From IMG/VR virus record IMGVR_UViG_3300034685_000230, positions 1-64,000 of that record: a DNA stretch of 64,000 nucleotides; one strand, written 5' to 3'. Under the pieces are notes generated by a model that did no database searches, was not told the origin of the DNA, and saw nothing but the letters and a program-made list of their open reading frames with translations. The position numbers and the translations under genes were made by a program. Below are positions 29,901 through 38,559 of this stretch, piece after piece (the first letter of the stretch is position 1; the number at the start of each line of letters is the position of its first letter). Source of the stretch: a virus.

Positions 29901-30218
29901 TTCCAGAGCCTGATGCAGTTCAGCGGTAACGGTACGCCGACCGACCAGATGAACGTCGGTACCGTCAACATCGGTACGCTCAGCGGCGTGTACAAGGTGT
30001 TTACGTCGCCGCTCTGCCCCGACAACAAGGTTCTGCTTGGGTTTAAGGGAAGCAAGCCTGAGGACACCGGAGCGGTGTACGCTCCGTACGTTCCGGTACA
30101 GCTCCACCCAATCTACTACTCCGAAGGCATGCCCTCGGTCATGGCCAGGACCCGTTACTGGCTGGGTGTACTGCGGCCCGACTACTACGGGGTACTCAAC
30201 ATCAACGGCACCATTTAG
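26976..30218 (+). CDS. major capsid protein (gp23-like), spliced: join(26976..27148,27454..27486,27788..27848,29082..30218), 467 aa
   Basis: Joined exons read ...MQNMVYL|PKIVLPLVRRL|FPKLIANQIISVQPLNGPTG|WIRFLD..., the conserved gp23 LVRR..P.LIA..VQP..GPTG motif. Exon 4 has VEAKTRKLGA, GAVYAPYVP and MARTRY. Total 1404 nt, in frame. Confidence 0.93.
27149..27453 (+). mobile_element. group I intron 1 in MCP gene (305 nt, no ORF)
   Basis: P1 with U27148.G27156; P GAATTGCTGGGA, Q AATCAGCAGCC, R GTCCAGAGACTA, S GATATAGTCC; P9 GAAA loop; CAT/ATG P9.0; terminal G27453. Confidence 0.92.
27487..27787 (+). mobile_element. group I intron 2 in MCP gene (301 nt, no ORF)
   Basis: P1 GTCTC/GGGAC with U27486.G; same P/Q/R/S cores; CACTCTA/TAGAGTG closing stem; terminal G27787. 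Confidence 0.92.
27849..29081 (+). mobile_element. group I intron 3 in MCP gene (1233 nt) with homing endonuclease ORF in the P8 loop
   Basis: P1 AACGGGTTA/TAGCTCGTT with U27848.G; P/Q/R cores at 27877-28026; S GATATAGTCC at 29042-29051; CGTT/AACG P9.0; terminal G29081. Confidence 0.92.
28229..29008 (+). CDS. intron-encoded homing endonuclease, PD-(D/E)XK type with N-terminal C2H2 finger
   Basis: CPICKK..HLKKH; FRS..E..IAEFL..WEYE..YIPDFY..LEFKG; very AT-rich. ATG 28229 follows AAGAGGG. Confidence 0.8.
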   Translation: MIQCPICKKYFKHINNMHLKKHNLTTEQFKSLYPNYNTCSKEFSEKRSAANKIQMLKIHKKNPKERYVNVGIGRKKAWDNCSEERRKEIGLKATECWRKYDLNEENKRKKYKKVSKSLKKYYKNLDPKEKEKILKNSLFKIRKHGGAKIETNINGKIIKFRSIPEIWIAEFLEQSGFSWEYETLKIDYLDKNNNMHIYIPDFYIKDYNLVLEFKGKNFLEEDIEIYKKYYTEKAGFNYILLMYQEKYLLLKELKKIFNL

Positions 30219-30251
30219 TAAGATTAGTAAGTAGTAAGTAAGCAACACTAG

Positions 30252-30289
30252 AAAGAGGGGGAGACTACGTAGTCTTCCTCTCTTTTTTT
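30252..30289 (+). terminator. intrinsic terminator after MCP
   Basis: AAAGAGGGGGAGACT-ACGT-AGTCTTCCTCTC followed by T7. Confidence 0.8.
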
Positions 30290-30344
30290 ATGCACTAGTG
30301 TAAAAGATAAATTAAACATATAGATTAACTAATCATAATTCGTA

Positions 30345-31415
30345 GTGCTGGAAGGGATATGCAGCGTGAGAGATACTCAGTCTGGTTTAAACCTTATAAA
30401 CTACATTCTTGCCGCTACGGCTAAGACTGAGTCAGGAGATATCTTAGACAAGCATAGGATTAAGCATACTCCGTTAACTAAGGATGAGTTGACGGAGTTG
30501 TTAAGAACTGACTACTCATCCGCTTATAAAAAGTTTTTAGAAAATAAAATTATGTTTCGCGGCGTTAACGACAGTACAAGGTACTTTATCGGACGGTACG
30601 GCTTACTAAAACCTGGGCTTAGAGTTTCGCAGTACGCGCGGTACAACTTGTATACTAGGCTGTTCTCAGACATCCTGCCGTCGTGGAAAGGTTACCCGCC
30701 GAGAAACCGGTCGTTTATATGCTCAACCAGCACTAGCTACGCAGCGCAGTTCGCGTCTAGTGAGTCTGGTGGACCACCGACAATGGCTAACGTATACGCT
30801 GTTCTACCAAAAAACGGAGCGGTTATCGGAGTGTGTCCAGATGTAGACCTTTGGTGGTCGTTTGAAACTTTAGTAAAAAAAGGTTTAGGCTTAGAAGACT
30901 TTCAACACCTGTTACTGGGTGTTATTGAGTTTATCGGCATGCAGTTAGATGAAGTTACTTCTGCTAAGACGGGGGTAAAGAGTACCGAGTTTTCTAAGAT
31001 ATGGCTAGACCTAGACAAAGCCGCTAAGTACGAAAGCGCCGCTAGTATAGTTGCGGTGTTTAACACTTTGTCTGAAAAGCTTAAAATATACATTGACGAT
31101 GTTCTTAAAGAGACTAAGAGAAAGTATCCGATTAAGAATGTATACAGCTTTGAGACATACACGGCTAATATTGCCGAGGAGATGCTAGAGGAGATGAAAA
31201 GACGCGGTACTACCGACATTCTTGAAATTTTAGACGATATTTTTAACCCTAAGACAAACGGCATTAAGAAAGTAACTATAGAGCAGTACGGCGAGCGGTC
31301 GCATATAACTACTAAAACCGACACCAAACACAGCGGAAAGGAAGTCTGGACTGACTCCGAGTGTCTGTTTATAAACAAGCGACACTTAAAGTTGTTAAAA
31401 CAAATAGACTTATAA
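30345..31415 (+). CDS. hypothetical protein, possible ADP-ribosyltransferase fold
   Basis: MFRGV ... FICSTSTSYAAQF ... KEVW, an R-S-E-like pattern. Confidence 0.4.
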   Translation: MLEGICSVRDTQSGLNLINYILAATAKTESGDILDKHRIKHTPLTKDELTELLRTDYSSAYKKFLENKIMFRGVNDSTRYFIGRYGLLKPGLRVSQYARYNLYTRLFSDILPSWKGYPPRNRSFICSTSTSYAAQFASSESGGPPTMANVYAVLPKNGAVIGVCPDVDLWWSFETLVKKGLGLEDFQHLLLGVIEFIGMQLDEVTSAKTGVKSTEFSKIWLDLDKAAKYESAASIVAVFNTLSEKLKIYIDDVLKETKRKYPIKNVYSFETYTANIAEEMLEEMKRRGTTDILEILDDIFNPKTNGIKKVTIEQYGERSHITTKTDTKHSGKEVWTDSECLFINKRHLKLLKQIDL

Positions 31416-31418
31416 GGT

Positions 31419-32933
31419 GTGTATACTACGATGGACGGTAAAAACGTATTAGGCAACATTAACATATTACTAGCAAAACTTAAGCCCTCGCAGTACCGAA
31501 AGTACTGGAAGATATGGAACGAGCGCTTTAGGGCTAGGTACAGTGATGTTTTCGATAACAAGTACCGGATATACTTAGACTACCCGGAAGACGCCGGTGA
31601 GTCAATAACTGACGCCAAGTCTGCCAAAAACATAAAGCGTATTAACATAATACTACACGACTGTCCGTACACGAAAGACTATGTAGTAAGGGGTGCAAGC
31701 GACTACCTCGAGGGCTACGCTTACAAGAGTAACGGTTTAGAAAAAGTTAAGATCGGCAAGCTCTTAAGTAAAGCGCTAGACTACTTTAAGAAAGAAAATA
31801 TACCGCCGGAGCTGTATGATTTCGACGAAGCACTTCGCGTGTTTAACACTAGGGCTAGCCTTAAGCAGTTGAGTAAACCGAAGCTAGTCTGTATATCAAG
31901 ACACCCCTACGACATTGCCGGGATGAGTACCGACCGACGGTGGAAGTCTTGCATGCGCTTAGAGGACAAGGAGAAGTTTACCGCCGCCGGGCAGTACAGC
32001 GAGTACATTGAGAGTGATATTCGGGAGGGCACTCTTGTTGCCTACTTAATATACGCCGACGACAGAAACATCAACGACCCACTAGCAAGAATCCTCATCA
32101 AGCCGTACATCAACGTCAACGACTCTTCAGACATTCTGCTCGTACCGGAGCCGACTATCTACTCGGACGACTCACTGAACCCGGCCTCGTACCGTAAGTT
32201 TAGGGAAGTAGTAAACAACTGGCTCGAGTCATTCCAGGGAGAAAAGACCGGTACCTACATGTTTAACCCAGAGTTGTACCGCGACAAGAGTCCGGAAGCT
32301 GTGACTAAGGTAGGTAAGGATAAGGTAAAGAGAATAGAGGACAACATTACAGTCGACGGTAACAGCTGGATCTCGTCAGTACGTGATATAGCGTCAATGT
32401 TCCCCTGGCTAGCGGAGGGAAAGTTTGAAAACCTACTAGTATACGTTGACAAGCACGAGCCTGACCGACTAGTCATAAGGCGCGGTACTTGGAAGAGCGG
32501 GGTTGTAGTCGACGCCGTTTTAGAAAAGGACGTCGTTGTCGAGGGTGGGATACTGTACAGCTGCGTCTTTCGTGGAGTCTTCAAGGACGGTGTGTTCTAC
32601 ATGGGATCATTCTACGGTACGTTTGAGAACGGAATCTGGCTAGACGGCGTTTTTAGCAACAGCGCGGTGTGGAGGGACGGAGTTTGGTACAGAGGGTACT
32701 TTGACGGGCGTCTAAGGAACGGTGCGGTTGACATCTTTCCAAAGACACTACTCAACCCCAACATCGTAAAGGAAATTATCTCTAACTGCAAGAGTGAGGA
32801 AGAGTTCGAGTCTAAGTACAAAAAGCGCGAGATAGAGTTCTTTAAAACAAGGGAAAACGTTGAGAGACACCTGAGGATCCTTAAGGCTTACGAGAGTAAA
32901 GTGAAAAAAGCGGTAAAAGACTACTGGCGTTAA
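31419..32933 (+). CDS. hypothetical virion-associated protein with C-terminal 5-residue Gly/aromatic repeats
   Basis: ISRHPYDIAGMSTDRRWKSCM motif; GVFKD-GVFYM-GSF-GTFEN-GIWLD-GVF repeats (beta-helix-like). Confidence 0.55.
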   Translation: MYTTMDGKNVLGNINILLAKLKPSQYRKYWKIWNERFRARYSDVFDNKYRIYLDYPEDAGESITDAKSAKNIKRINIILHDCPYTKDYVVRGASDYLEGYAYKSNGLEKVKIGKLLSKALDYFKKENIPPELYDFDEALRVFNTRASLKQLSKPKLVCISRHPYDIAGMSTDRRWKSCMRLEDKEKFTAAGQYSEYIESDIREGTLVAYLIYADDRNINDPLARILIKPYINVNDSSDILLVPEPTIYSDDSLNPASYRKFREVVNNWLESFQGEKTGTYMFNPELYRDKSPEAVTKVGKDKVKRIEDNITVDGNSWISSVRDIASMFPWLAEGKFENLLVYVDKHEPDRLVIRRGTWKSGVVVDAVLEKDVVVEGGILYSCVFRGVFKDGVFYMGSFYGTFENGIWLDGVFSNSAVWRDGVWYRGYFDGRLRNGAVDIFPKTLLNPNIVKEIISNCKSEEEFESKYKKREIEFFKTRENVERHLRILKAYESKVKKAVKDYWR

Positions 32934-32995
32934 GAGCTAAGCTTTGCAATTTCAAAATTAAAATAAGACTAGAAAATAAAAAGGGGAATGCTCGC

Positions 32996-33226
32996 ATGGT
33001 TAGCGTTAAGTTAGACGACGCGCTGTATCTAAAACCTAACCTTACCTTAAAGTTAGACGGTAAGTTTATAATCATATTTAATGACGGAGTAGAGGTTAAG
33101 AGGGAAGAGTACGCCGACGCGACTGCAGCGACGAATAAGTTTAACGGCATTATTACGGCTATAAATACTGCGGTGTCACCGACTACATCAAACATGTTGT
33201 TTTTGGACTTAGACACTCTGCTATAA
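32996..33226 (+). CDS. hypothetical protein
   Basis: AAGGGG RBS; follows the candidate late motif. Confidence 0.5.
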   Translation: MVSVKLDDALYLKPNLTLKLDGKFIIIFNDGVEVKREEYADATAATNKFNGIITAINTAVSPTTSNMLFLDLDTLL

Positions 33227-33271
33227 ATTTCATGATAGACTTAATATATTACAAAAAGGTGGTATAAAGAC

Positions 33272-34183
33272 ATGTTTCAACCAGTTAACTTAGCGATAGA
33301 CAGTAGCGGTAGACTCTTTGTCACCGACTTCGGTGACAACACGGTCAAGGTGTTTGACAATCCAAGTGACCTAGAGACACCCAGTATCGTGCTGACAGGG
33401 TTTAACTTCAACGAGAAGACCTTCTCTTTTCCAGACGTTGTCATAAAACCTAAAGTAACAGAAGAGATAGAAGGAGAGCCAGTAGTTACACAGCCTGAAA
33501 CTCTGTTTGTTTCAGACCCGTTTAACCACGCTGTCAAGGTGTACAGCATCGGTGAAGACGGTCTAGAGTTGGTAGCTACCCTGGGTGGCTTCGGTTCGGG
33601 AGACGCACAGTTTAGCCAGCCGGGAGGGCTAGCCCTCAACGAGGACGGAACGGAGCTACATGTTGTCGACACGATGAACCACAGGATCTCGGTGTGGTCA
33701 GCCGAAACGCCCTTTGCATACATTGCAAGCTACGGTGGCCCGGGTCACGGTGACGATAGCGGGTTGTACTACCCGACGGACATACTACACGCTGGTGCCG
33801 GGGTTATGTACGTTGCCGACTGCGGGCACAACAGGGTAGTCAGCTTTAAGAACGACGGGACCGCGTCGATTCCCTACGTAGTCAAGAAGTTAGACGAGTA
33901 CGTTGGGCACAGCTTGAGCCCAAGCGGAGTCTTGACTCTAACTACAAACACGTTTCCGGTAATCAGCTTGGTAGCTCACGGGACTAGTTTTTACCTGTCA
34001 GACCTATACGTTTCAAACATAGTTGAATTCGACAGTACTTGGGCACAAGACGGTACAGTTTTTCTTTCATACGGTGACGGTACTGAAAAAGTTAAGTTTC
34101 CGAAGGGTATGCACGTAAGCGACGACACGCTGTATGTAGCGGATACGGCTTCAAGCGAAGTCGAAGCAATCTCACTAGTTTAG
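33272..34183 (+). CDS. NHL-repeat beta-propeller protein
   Basis: PVNLAIDSSGRLFVTDFGDNTVKVF, FSQPGGLAL..VVDTMNHRISVW, YVADCGHNRV. Confidence 0.8.
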   Translation: MFQPVNLAIDSSGRLFVTDFGDNTVKVFDNPSDLETPSIVLTGFNFNEKTFSFPDVVIKPKVTEEIEGEPVVTQPETLFVSDPFNHAVKVYSIGEDGLELVATLGGFGSGDAQFSQPGGLALNEDGTELHVVDTMNHRISVWSAETPFAYIASYGGPGHGDDSGLYYPTDILHAGAGVMYVADCGHNRVVSFKNDGTASIPYVVKKLDEYVGHSLSPSGVLTLTTNTFPVISLVAHGTSFYLSDLYVSNIVEFDSTWAQDGTVFLSYGDGTEKVKFPKGMHVSDDTLYVADTASSEVEAISLV

Positions 34184-34202
34184 CTTATTTTTATAAATAC
34201 AT

Positions 34203-34236
34203 AAGGGGAGAGGATTAAATCCTCTCCTTTTTTTTT
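34203..34236 (+). terminator. intrinsic terminator
   Basis: AAGGGGAGAGGAT-TAA-ATCCTCTCC followed by T9. Confidence 0.8.
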
Positions 34237-34249
34237 ATGCTAACATACC

Positions 34250-34633
34250 TCAGTGGTAGTAGATCGGTGTGTTCGGGTAACTTACGATAACCCTATATAG
34301 TTTAATCTTCCCACCGTCTGGAAGCTCAGAAGCTTCTTCCGAAAGCTCTCCGCCGCAGTACTGCACGACTACAGCCCTGTCTCCCACACTTAACTCTACA
34401 GTCTCACTACTACAGACTACACCGATGATACTAGCCAACCCCCTGTGCCTAACGTAGCTCTTGTATCCCGACCGAACGTACATGTCCATAACGCTCTTAA
34501 CGTTACCGCGGTCTAAGTTAAAGTAGTCCGTTATGTCGGCAACGTATACGTCGCAGGGAAAAGCGCTGTCCCTCAGCATGTCTAAGCTAAGCGTGTCGAG
34601 AATGTACTCTTCACTCATAAAAACCCCCCTCAC
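34250..34633 (-). CDS. divergent AcrIII-1 / DUF1874 (STIV B116, YddF)-like protein
   Basis: YILDTLSLDML (cf. YL.NAFS.NML), SYVRH (cf. SAVGH), L..GD..VVVQY.GG.L.E.A..LP.G..I. ATG near 34618 is the likely start. Confidence 0.6.
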   Translation of the reverse strand: MRGVFMSEEYILDTLSLDMLRDSAFPCDVYVADITDYFNLDRGNVKSVMDMYVRSGYKSYVRHRGLASIIGVVCSSETVELSVGDRAVVVQYCGGELSEEASELPDGGKIKLYRVIVSYPNTPIYYH

Positions 34634-35094
34634 TGGATAATCTTAACCCTCCACCCCTTAGTCTCGGCATCGTACCACCAGAGTCTAACACTTCTTAAGT
34701 AGACTCGAAGCAAGCTGTAGCATATGCTACACGGGTGTGACGACAAAAGCCTGCGCGTTCCCCTTAAGACAACTACGTCTGTGACACCGTCGGTTAACTC
34801 TTTTCTTAGCAGTTTGATCACGAGGTCTGCTTCGGCGTGAATTGACATGCACTTTAGATCGTGGTAAGTTTCCTTAAGAAAAGGATGTGTCTTCAGCTTG
34901 TTTTCACCGTACTCTACGAGTTTTGAACCGTCGAGAGCTACAGCTACGCAGCGAAGGCTTGAGTCAAAGCGTCGCGTGTTCTTTAAGTTGTGTTCTTTAG
35001 ACATTGTGGCAATCTCGGGTAAGATAGAAGGGAGAGCTCCCTTAAATCTTTTCCCTACTTTAACGTAGCTTGAGTTTAACCCAACACTTTTCAT
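34630..35094 (-). CDS. cytidine/dCMP deaminase-fold zinc protein
   Basis: HAE ... PCSIC zinc motif. Confidence 0.75.
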   Translation of the reverse strand: MKSVGLNSSYVKVGKRFKGALPSILPEIATMSKEHNLKNTRRFDSSLRCVAVALDGSKLVEYGENKLKTHPFLKETYHDLKCMSIHAEADLVIKLLRKELTDGVTDVVVLRGTRRLLSSHPCSICYSLLRVYLRSVRLWWYDAETKGWRVKIIQ

Positions 35095-35136
35095 ACCTTA
35101 CTCCATCTCACTTTAACTCTATAAGTTAATTAAATT

Positions 35137-35319
35137 GTGAACTACCCCCACCTATAGAGGTGGTGGCTTCGTGGTCAATGCTCCCATCGGAGCAAGATTA
35201 CCCACGCTCAAAGGGCTGTTCCTTCCCCAGCTTTACCAATTATACAGTATTAGGAAAGAATTGTCAAGCGACATTCATCACCCACTTATAGAAGTGGGCG
35301 ACTTCTGTCGTTAATTAGG
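35137..35319 (-). mobile_element. non-autonomous IS200/IS605 mini-element: left-end hairpin + sigma70 promoter + TnpB-type omegaRNA/right end
   Basis: Minus strand: TTTAA | left-end hairpin (CCCACTT/AAGTGGG, 35269-35310); TTGACA-17-TATAAT (35267-35239); structured RNA; right-end hairpin CCACCTCTATAGGTGG-GGGTAGTTCAC. No ORF. Confidence 0.75.
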
Positions 35320-35364
35320 TTAAAATACTACGGTATTTTCTACGCCACTGCCTGTTAAATAAAT

Positions 35365-35388
35365 AAGGGGAGTTTGTAGCTCCCCTTT
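35365..35388. terminator. hairpin terminator
   Basis: AAGGGGAG-TTTGTAG-CTCCCCTT. Confidence 0.55.
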
Positions 35389-35437
35389 GAGTTCATCCAC
35401 TAACAGATGCAACTCCCTCCCTCGCAAAAACTGTTTC

Positions 35438-35950
35438 TTACCCCTGCAGCTGCTCTTGGCAGAACAGCTTTATCATAACAAAGGAGTGTATGTAAGACCT
35501 AACTAGCTCCCCAATCTCTTCTAAGTTTGACAAAGACAATGGTAGCTTAAAACTAATTTCCCTACCGTCGGCTTCTGTAGAGTTAAACCAAAATGTTGCA
35601 AACTTAGGCTTTGATATATCTTTATCATCGGTAAAGTACGACAGAGTAACTTTCTTATTGTACTTTTCGCTGTTTCTATACAGCTCTACAATGCTAGCAA
35701 CATTCTTAGACTTGATAAACTCTAGAATATTTAAGCAGTCTTGAAACGTTAGCGAGACAACTATTTGCGAAGCGTAGTCAAATATCTTAGTTCCCTTAGG
35801 TATCTGCCCGGGTTTAATACCGTCGGGTAGCTTACCAGGTGTGTACGACGGTGCCGCTACTAACGCTAAGTTACCAGCCTTGTTAATCTTAAACTGCAGC
35901 TTCGCGTACTTTGGAAACACCATTTCATGAACATCAACACTGTACTTCAA
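35438..35950 (-). CDS. hypothetical protein (possible Whirly/PC4-like ssDNA-binding fold)
   Basis: GGAGG RBS; KIFDYASQIVVSLTFQDC and FKLPLSLSNLEEIG patterns. The fold guess is weak. Confidence 0.45.
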   Translation of the reverse strand: MKYSVDVHEMVFPKYAKLQFKINKAGNLALVAAPSYTPGKLPDGIKPGQIPKGTKIFDYASQIVVSLTFQDCLNILEFIKSKNVASIVELYRNSEKYNKKVTLSYFTDDKDISKPKFATFWFNSTEADGREISFKLPLSLSNLEEIGELVRSYIHSFVMIKLFCQEQLQG

Positions 35951-36037
35951 ACCTTACTACCTCCCTTACGTTTTACGGAGTACTCTCCGGTGTTTTACTG
36001 CTATAGTTATAACTTTTAAAGCTTTAAAAACCTTACG

Positions 36038-37102
36038 TCACACTACATTATCGTATATCAGAATGTTCTTGTTCAAGCGACTCTTGTACACAGCTAGTAC
36101 TCTTAAACCACGGTAACCGAGCTTCTTAGAGTTTCGGGAAGCGTCGTTTCTTATTAGAAAAGCTACGTCGTCGTGGTCGTCTACATCGTCTAGACTGGTG
36201 ATCACTTTTGTTACAGGTATCTTAAACCAACCCTCATCGTCAACGCTAACGGTAGTGTCTAAGTCAAAACTCTTGACGACAACCGCACCGTTCGGTAGTA
36301 TGTCACTACCGAACACAACGTCTCTCTTCTCCTCTTCGGTGGGTAAAAAAGCAACGTTCGGTTTTAAACGGTACACACCCTTGTCAGTCAGCTCGAGTTC
36401 TACTACACCCTTCTCTACAAGCTCGTCTACAACTCTTCTAGCCTTAGCCCCCATGTAGTCATCGGCGGACTCCCAAGTTTCAGCATTGTCCTTCTTAAGC
36501 GATACAGGGTAGTCTAAGTTTCCCTGCAGTACTAAGTCCGCCTTTCGCCTGTTCTTTGTATCCGTTCCGGTCAGAACGCAGTTTTTAACGCCAACACAGC
36601 TAAACGTTTTATTCTTACCGACAAACCTTACGTTAACGGGCCCGTTAGCACACAGCTCGTTTATCTTATCCGCTAGAATCTTTTCGTTTAACACCCCGGC
36701 GCTGTGTTCTTTGTTCGGTTTGGCGACAAGCCTTATGTTGTTGTCTAGCTTAACGTAGCCTACCGACGAGACACCGCTCGGGGTGTCAATGTACACGCCG
36801 TCTAACTCGTCAGCTAGAAACTTTAGGAGCTTAACCCTGTTTTCATCGGTCTTTATATGAATTAACCTACTGTTCTTAACTACTACGCTCCCAACGTTTA
36901 AAGCTTTTAGTTTCTCCGCTACTTCAAGCACTTCTGGGTTAAAACTCTTCTCAGCTAGCAGTAAGTTTTTCACCCTTTTAAACAACTCGTCTTTGTCTAA
37001 CATGATGGGGGTGTGTGGTACCCTAGCTATAAAGCTACCACTCTTTTTCTTTTTCTTCTTACCCTTACTAATGTCGTACTTTCGCTCTACCGGCTTAGCC
37101 AT
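36038..37102 (-). CDS. hypothetical protein, possible PD-(D/E)XK nuclease
   Basis: KADLVL...YPVSLKK; start likely at MAKPVERKY after GGAGAGG. Confidence 0.45.
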   Translation of the reverse strand: MAKPVERKYDISKGKKKKKKSGSFIARVPHTPIMLDKDELFKRVKNLLLAEKSFNPEVLEVAEKLKALNVGSVVVKNSRLIHIKTDENRVKLLKFLADELDGVYIDTPSGVSSVGYVKLDNNIRLVAKPNKEHSAGVLNEKILADKINELCANGPVNVRFVGKNKTFSCVGVKNCVLTGTDTKNRRKADLVLQGNLDYPVSLKKDNAETWESADDYMGAKARRVVDELVEKGVVELELTDKGVYRLKPNVAFLPTEEEKRDVVFGSDILPNGAVVVKSFDLDTTVSVDDEGWFKIPVTKVITSLDDVDDHDDVAFLIRNDASRNSKKLGYRGLRVLAVYKSRLNKNILIYDNVV

Positions 37103-38006
37103 GAGACGCCTCTCCAGGGTTAACGTGCTGGGTAATTCTCTGGAGCATCTCGTCACTCAGTTCAAACTTACCGTTGGTCTTCTCCAACTTAAACGCCGTG
37201 TCTCTAAACTTAGAGCGAAACGTACTTTCGTCGGTATTCTTACTAAACACAACCCAGAGCTCGTCTAGAGTGTTTAGTAGCCCCTGCCGGACAGCCCTGG
37301 GGATAGTGTTTAGGATCTTTCTGTGCACGTGTTCTAGATAGTCTTCGGGAACTACGCGGTCCCTAGTCTTGTTACGTATCTTAGCCAAGTCAATACTCGT
37401 GACTACCCAAACTAGGGCAACCCTGTAGCCTAAGTCTTTAAACAAGCGTGTGTTTAAAACTAGCTCTTCAACGTTGTTACCGGTCGTGTCTATCACGAAG
37501 TTCTGAAGTTTCTTTCCCGAACTTCTTAGAAAACTGTCTAGCGCTTTGCTAAACAGATGTCTTTTCCAGCTAGTATATTTATGCAGCTCCTCCATGTCTC
37601 GAGGGTTCTTTGGGTCCGGCAGCCTACCGCCGTACGGTTCTAGAATCTGCTCCTTAACTCTCGGACTAGTCTCCGGGCTGTTGACTAGCTTTTCTAGCAG
37701 CTTAACGTACAGCATCTTTATGTTGTCGCTGTCTAACACCTTGGCGTCGATTAAAAGTTGGTTCCTAATAGTGTACGACTTGCCGGACCCCGGTCCACCG
37801 CACGTAAACACGGCCCAACCGCTTCTAGGGTACGGCTGGTTTCCAAACTTTACGGCTGAGTCTTCGACTACACCGACTAAGTTATACCTAGTGTTTTGCA
37901 GCGTCGCTTTAATTAAATCATGTAGTTTGTCTGGCACTGGTACGTACCTCCTACGTAGTGAAAAACTCTTCATACAAAAATCTATGACTATACGGTAGTT
38001 CGTCAA
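37095..38006 (-). CDS. P-loop kinase (zeta-toxin/AAA_33-like)
   Basis: GGPGSGKS, VIDTTG, RNKTRDRVVP. Confidence 0.7.
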   Translation of the reverse strand: MTNYRIVIDFCMKSFSLRRRYVPVPDKLHDLIKATLQNTRYNLVGVVEDSAVKFGNQPYPRSGWAVFTCGGPGSGKSYTIRNQLLIDAKVLDSDNIKMLYVKLLEKLVNSPETSPRVKEQILEPYGGRLPDPKNPRDMEELHKYTSWKRHLFSKALDSFLRSSGKKLQNFVIDTTGNNVEELVLNTRLFKDLGYRVALVWVVTSIDLAKIRNKTRDRVVPEDYLEHVHRKILNTIPRAVRQGLLNTLDELWVVFSKNTDESTFRSKFRDTAFKLEKTNGKFELSDEMLQRITQHVNPGEASHG

Positions 38007-38559
38007 ACATCTTTCTACACAATGTTTGAAACTCTTTTAAAGCTCTTGGACTAGTCCTAAGCCTGAAAATGTGGCGCAGTTCCCTAGCGTTTAGTGTCAT
38101 GACTAGCTTTGTTGTGGTTGACTCTTGAATGTAATACTTTAAAACATCGTTCGGTATACCGCACCGCACCGCTTCCTCTAACTGCGACTGTAGTGTCTCG
38201 GAAGTTTCCTTAAGCTTACTCAAAGTCGCAGCTTTGTCACTATCCTGTAAAACCACCGCTTCGTCTTCTGAGAATACGTGCTCATTTCGCACGGTTTTAC
38301 CCAGCGCCCACCTAGTAGACTGCACGCTTAGCGACACGTGTCTGTGGCGAGCTAGCTCTTGAAGCAGGGCTCTCGACACTCCCTCTATCACGAAGCTGTA
38401 GACAACATGCTCGACAACACTCTCGTGACCCATCGAGACTAGTTTTTTCAGAAACTCCGCCGCGTCGTAGCTGTCTATCTTACTCTCGGAGTTCGTGCAA
38501 GTTAGGGCAGCTTCTAGAGCCACCGTAACGGGCGTTAGATTTAACAAGCTAACTCTCAC
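37951..38559 (-). CDS. thyX: FAD-dependent thymidylate synthase
   Basis: GHESVVEH, SRALLQELARHRHVSLSVQSTR (RHRx7S), NARELRH. Confidence 0.93.
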   Translation of the reverse strand: MRVSLLNLTPVTVALEAALTCTNSESKIDSYDAAEFLKKLVSMGHESVVEHVVYSFVIEGVSRALLQELARHRHVSLSVQSTRWALGKTVRNEHVFSEDEAVVLQDSDKAATLSKLKETSETLQSQLEEAVRCGIPNDVLKYYIQESTTTKLVMTLNARELRHIFRLRTSPRALKEFQTLCRKMFDELPYSHRFLYEEFFTT

